In this document: positions 39,151-42,490 of the stretch, one piece after another
How positions within the stretch are numbered: position 1 is the first letter of the stretch
Layout: each line of letters starts with the position of its first letter
NCBI GenBank assembly: GCA_964425055.1
Contig: CAYRKU010000003.1
Coordinates: 1,894-44,383 of the forward strand
Direction of reading: 5' to 3'
Length of the DNA stretch: 42,490 bases
From: an uncultured Lawsonia sp.
GTDB lineage: Bacteria; Desulfobacterota; Desulfovibrionia; Desulfovibrionales; Desulfovibrionaceae
Notes under the pieces: generated by a model
Databases searched by the model: none
The model's input: the letters and a program-made list of their open reading frames with translations, nothing else
Told to the model about the DNA's origin: nothing
Position numbers and translations under genes: made by a program

Positions 39151-39518
39151 CGAAGTCTCAAACCAATAAGGAAATACGGTACTGCGCAATGCAGGCAGAT
39201 CCCGCGGCGCGGGCTGCCGCGTTGCAGCTGACTCCAGGACGGAAGGCAAAAAACGGCTCAGAGATCCGGCCAATCTGTTGCCGCCTGGTTTCCGTCTGGT
39301 TTTCTGTTGTGTCCGTCTGTTCCGCAGCGGATTTTACAGTTTCAGCATAGTTCGCGGGCCGTCTTTCCGGGCATGGAAGGCCGCCGTGGGATCTGATCGA
39401 GGCAGCCCCGCAATGGACATGCTTTTGCCAATGCAGTTCCTGTGCCAAAGAGGCTAGATCAGACTGTCCGCGCGCCGCGCGGCCGCTACGCTGCGCGAAC
39501 GGGGAACCGAAGGCCGCA

Positions 39519-40310
39519 TTACTGCCCGGCAGAAGTTCTTTGCCGCGACAGCCGGCCGCGCTTCCCGGGGCTGGAAAGGACCTTGATCTCCCCTTCCATG
39601 GACAGAGCCTTTTCAGTCAGGCCAAAGGGGGCCCAGTTTTTAGGTACTCTGGTCATCCGTTCAAAGGCCTGCCCGGTGGCGTAGATCACCGGGATATCTC
39701 CTTCGGCCGATCCGGCCAGAGCCAGGCGGGCGCCGCCGGGGTCCGGCGCCGACGCATCGGCTGATGGATTGGTTTGTGTATCGGCTGATGTATTGCCGGC
39801 CGGCGTGGCTGATTTACCGGCTGATGGATCGGCCGGCGTGCCGGCTTGTGTATTGGCCGGCGTATCAGATGATGTATCGGCTGATGTACCGCTTTGCGTA
39901 CCGGCCGGCGTATCGGATGATGTATCAGCTGATGCGCCGGTTGGTATATTGGATGATACATCGGCCGGTGTATTGGCCGGGGCGGCGGGCCCCCCGTTCA
40001 AAAACAGCTCTTCCTCAAGCCGGCCTTTGGAACGGAGAAAATTCAAAAAATCACTGCCGGTCAGCCCCACCTGGGCGATCATGGGCGATCCGTCCCCGGC
40101 GGTGAGCAGGCTTACCGGCACAGTACCTCCGTGGATGCCGATGTAGGCTGTTCTGGCCCCGGCCGGCATTTCTTCCCACACGGCATTATCCTGGCCGGCA
40201 GCAGCCGCCTCCGGATCGGCCAAGGCAGGCGGGAGCAGAAGCAGGCCGCACAGCCCGGCCCCCGGCAGAATCCGCAAAAAAGCCCAAAACATCTCCGCCG
40301 CGGCGCGCAT
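39519..40310 (-). CDS. Hypothetical exported protein with internal 4-aa tandem repeats
   Basis: Signal peptide ending ALA, conserved-looking AYIGIHGG and NWAPFGL blocks around a repeat tract. Confidence 0.65.
   Translation of the reverse strand: MRAAAEMFWAFLRILPGAGLCGLLLLPPALADPEAAAAGQDNAVWEEMPAGARTAYIGIHGGTVPVSLLTAGDGSPMIAQVGLTGSDFLNFLRSKGRLEEELFLNGGPAAPANTPADVSSNIPTGASADTSSDTPAGTQSGTSADTSSDTPANTQAGTPADPSAGKSATPAGNTSADTQTNPSADASAPDPGGARLALAGSAEGDIPVIYATGQAFERMTRVPKNWAPFGLTEKALSMEGEIKVLSSPGKRGRLSRQRTSAGQ
39755..39985 (-). repeat. Degenerate 12-bp tandem repeat array within CDS
   Basis: Units such as GGCTGATGTATC, GGATGATGTATC and GCCGGTGTATTG on plus, encoding PANT/SADT/SSDT/PAGT. Confidence 0.8.
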
Positions 40311-40314
40311 CCCG

Positions 40315-40974
40315 TCACATCCCCCTGAGGCCGGCGTGCATGGCCGCGCGTACCCGCGCCACCCGGGCCCCTATATCCGGCGCGCTGACCAGGCCGGATA
40401 CCAGCGCGCAGCAGCGGGCCCCATGCCGGGCCACCTCAGCAATATTGTGCTCCTTGATCCCGCCAATGGCCACAAAGGGCAGGCTGATGTGCGCCGTTAC
40501 CCAGTCTAGGTAACTGAGGGTTACCGGGGCGCAGACGTCTTTTTTGGTATTGGTGGGGTAAATGGGGCCCACCCCGATGTAATCGGCCCCGGCGGCCGCC
40601 GCAGCCCGGGCCTGATCCGGTGAATGGGTGGACAGGCCGATGATCATCTCCGGCCCCACCAGACCGCGCACGGCCGGCACGGGCAGATCGTCCTGGCCCA
40701 GATGAACCCCGTCGGCATGGCACAGCAGGGCGATGTCCACATAGTCGTTCACAATAAAGCAGGCTCCGGCCTCGGCGGTCATGGCCCGCAGGACCAGGCA
40801 TTCCGCCAGCATCTGCCCGGATTTTTTCTCCTTTTCCCGGTATTGCAGAATCCTGATGCCCGCAGCCAGCAAGGCGCGGGCCACTTCGGCCACAGACCGG
40901 CCCAGGGAAAGGGTACTGTCAGTCAGGGCATACAAATCCGCCCCGGGGGCGCTTCCGGGCAGCAGGCGCGGCAT
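40315..40974 (-). CDS. thiE: Thiamine phosphate synthase
   Basis: QYREK, IVND, DGVHLGQDD, GLSTHS, GPIYPTNTK and VAIGGI motifs. Confidence 0.96.
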   Translation of the reverse strand: MPRLLPGSAPGADLYALTDSTLSLGRSVAEVARALLAAGIRILQYREKEKKSGQMLAECLVLRAMTAEAGACFIVNDYVDIALLCHADGVHLGQDDLPVPAVRGLVGPEMIIGLSTHSPDQARAAAAAGADYIGVGPIYPTNTKKDVCAPVTLSYLDWVTAHISLPFVAIGGIKEHNIAEVARHGARCCALVSGLVSAPDIGARVARVRAAMHAGLRGM

Positions 40975-40983
40975 ACAGCCCCC

Positions 40984-42297
40984 TCAGCCCAGCAGGGCGC
41001 GGGCGAAATCTGCCCCGTTAAAGGGCCGCAAATCTTCCATCTTTTCCCCCAGGCCGATAAAGGTGATGGGCAGGCCGTAATTCATGGCAACGGCAATGGC
41101 CACCCCGCCTTTGGCCGTACCGTCCAGCTTGGTCAGGATCAGCTCGTCCACGCCGGCGGCCTGTGTAAATATTTTGGTCTGCTGCAGGGCGTTCTGGCCG
41201 GTGGTTGCGTCCAGTACCAGTATGGTGCGGTGCGGGGCACCGGGATGCTTGCGGGCCAGTACCGCCCGGATTTTACCCAGCTCGTCCATCAGATTGCTTT
41301 TGGTGTGCAGGCGGCCGGCCGTGTCGACAAACACGATATCATAGTCTTCCCTAATGGCTGTATCCATGGCCTCCCAGGCCACGGCGGCCGGATCCGCATT
41401 CTGGCCGCGGCTGTGAAAGCCGGCCCCGGTGCGCTGCGCCCAAATGCCCAGCTGCTCCACTGCGGCGGCGCGGAACGTATCGGCGGCGGCCAGAAGCACT
41501 TTTTTGCCCTGCATCCGGCTGCGGTAGGCCAGTTTGGCAATGGTAGTGGTTTTGCCCACGCCGTTCACACCAGTTACCAGCACCACCTCAGGCCGGTTTA
41601 CGGCCACCACACTGCGCCGGGTACGGAAAATCTCCTCCAGTTCAGCCACCAGCAAAGGCTGCAGGTCAGCCGGGGAAGCGGCCCGCGCCGCACCCGCCCT
41701 GGCCTTCAGGCGGGCGCACAAGGCCGCGGCCGCATCCACCCCCATGTCGGAGAGGATGAATACTTCTTCCAGATCTTCCCAGAAATCCCGGTTCAGATCC
41801 CCATGCCCGGCAAAAAGCGCGGCCAGCCCCCGGCCCAGCTGCTGCCGGGTGCGGCTCAGGCCGGCCTGAAGTTTCACAAAAAGGCGGTTACGCTCGTCCT
41901 CTTCATCTTCCAGATCAAGGGCCAGGGCCAGGCGGTACTGCAGTTCAGACCGAAAATCAGCCACATCTGAATAGTCCATCTGTGCGGCCCAGGCCGCGAA
42001 ATCCCGCACAAAGGCATCCGCCTCATCTTCCGGCGCGCCCAGCGCGGTGAGCAGAAAGCGCACCCGATCCCACAGGGCTTCCCCCGCGCGGGTATGGGGG
42101 CCCGGCCCGGCCAGGGTAAGGCTTAACCATACGGAAAGCTTTGGTTCCGCCCCGCGCAGGGCCAGGAGCAACGGCCCGCGCCAGTCTGCCGCTTCCGGCA
42201 CCGCAGCCTCAGCCGGCTGATCCGGCACCTGCCCGGCCGCTGTTTCCCGCCCTTTCCCCGGCTGCCACAGCCGCCTGAGTGATGAAAAAAAGCCCAT
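40984..42297 (-). CDS. ftsY: Signal recognition particle receptor FtsY
   Basis: [44 protein letters not shown] and GLGE motifs. Confidence 0.98.
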   Translation of the reverse strand: MGFFSSLRRLWQPGKGRETAAGQVPDQPAEAAVPEAADWRGPLLLALRGAEPKLSVWLSLTLAGPGPHTRAGEALWDRVRFLLTALGAPEDEADAFVRDFAAWAAQMDYSDVADFRSELQYRLALALDLEDEEDERNRLFVKLQAGLSRTRQQLGRGLAALFAGHGDLNRDFWEDLEEVFILSDMGVDAAAALCARLKARAGAARAASPADLQPLLVAELEEIFRTRRSVVAVNRPEVVLVTGVNGVGKTTTIAKLAYRSRMQGKKVLLAAADTFRAAAVEQLGIWAQRTGAGFHSRGQNADPAAVAWEAMDTAIREDYDIVFVDTAGRLHTKSNLMDELGKIRAVLARKHPGAPHRTILVLDATTGQNALQQTKIFTQAAGVDELILTKLDGTAKGGVAIAVAMNYGLPITFIGLGEKMEDLRPFNGADFARALLG

Positions 42298-42372
42298 AGC
42301 ATCTCCGTAACAAATATCCTGTCCGCACTGGTGTAGCCCATGCCCGGCATCCTGGCAACCTGTTCCGGCCGC

Positions 42373-42411
42373 AAAAAAAGCGGCGCCGCAGGGTCCGCCC
42401 CGCGGCGCCGC
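42373..42411 (-). terminator. Intrinsic terminator of the porin gene
   Basis: Minus strand GCGGCGCCGCGGGG-CGGA-CCCTGCGGCGCCGC-TTTTTTT. Confidence 0.88.
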
Positions 42412-42438
42412 CGGCCTAAGCCCGGCCGTCAGGCCCGC

Positions 42439-42490
42439 TTAGAAGGAATACTGCATGGTGATACCGCCGCGGAAGGCGTTATCGTCATAT
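42439..42490 (-). CDS. C-terminus of outer membrane porin (5' part outside window)
   Basis: YDDNAFRGGITMQYSF-stop: amphipathic beta-signal with terminal Phe, followed by a strong terminator. Confidence 0.7.
   Translation of the reverse strand, partial: YDDNAFRGGITMQYSF

Noticed and set aside
37718-41970. Long antisense ORFs (37718-39037 -, 40624-41970 +; also 30996-32003 +, 9108-9971 -)
   Set aside because: Shadow frames of argB, ftsY/thiE, leuB and MATE, expected at high GC; no motifs.
1-42490. CRISPR array, prophage, integrase or intact IS
   Set aside because: No repeat-spacer periodicity, and no cas, phage, recombinase or transposase genes were seen.

Overview
A 42.5-kb chromosomal window, most likely from a Desulfovibrio-like (Desulfovibrionaceae) bacterium. 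This is inferred from hslU-argB-DUF721 and ileS-lspA-PLDc_N-cpoB synteny, the FtsY N-terminal extension and a porin C-terminus. From left to right it holds: the end of a TolC-family gene; a Tat-exported MBL hydrolase; a complete trpEGDCFBA operon with an unannotated Trp-Trp leader peptide and attenuator; a MATE transporter plus DtxR/MntR regulator; a selenium cluster (yedE, tusA/sirA-like, DUF3343, YjeF/ribokinase-like, and selD with an in-frame UGA and SECIS); a ~370-nt highly structured non-coding element; an apparent ubiX-lpdD-like-ubiD-second trpB operon; tRNA-Ile2(CAT); the ileS region; a low-GC SphI-like type II R-M cassette with a frameshifted endonuclease; paaK-like, leuB and mutM; a CitMHS-AtuA cassette; and hslU, argB, thiE and ftsY. 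The best candidate for an undescribed system is the prFMN-decarboxylase module coupled to a stand-alone TrpB, a possible (indole-)carboxylate to indole to tryptophan salvage route sitting behind a leader terminator. Next are the orphan structured RNA and the kinase-containing selenium operon. All family calls come from motif recognition by eye; no database searches were run.
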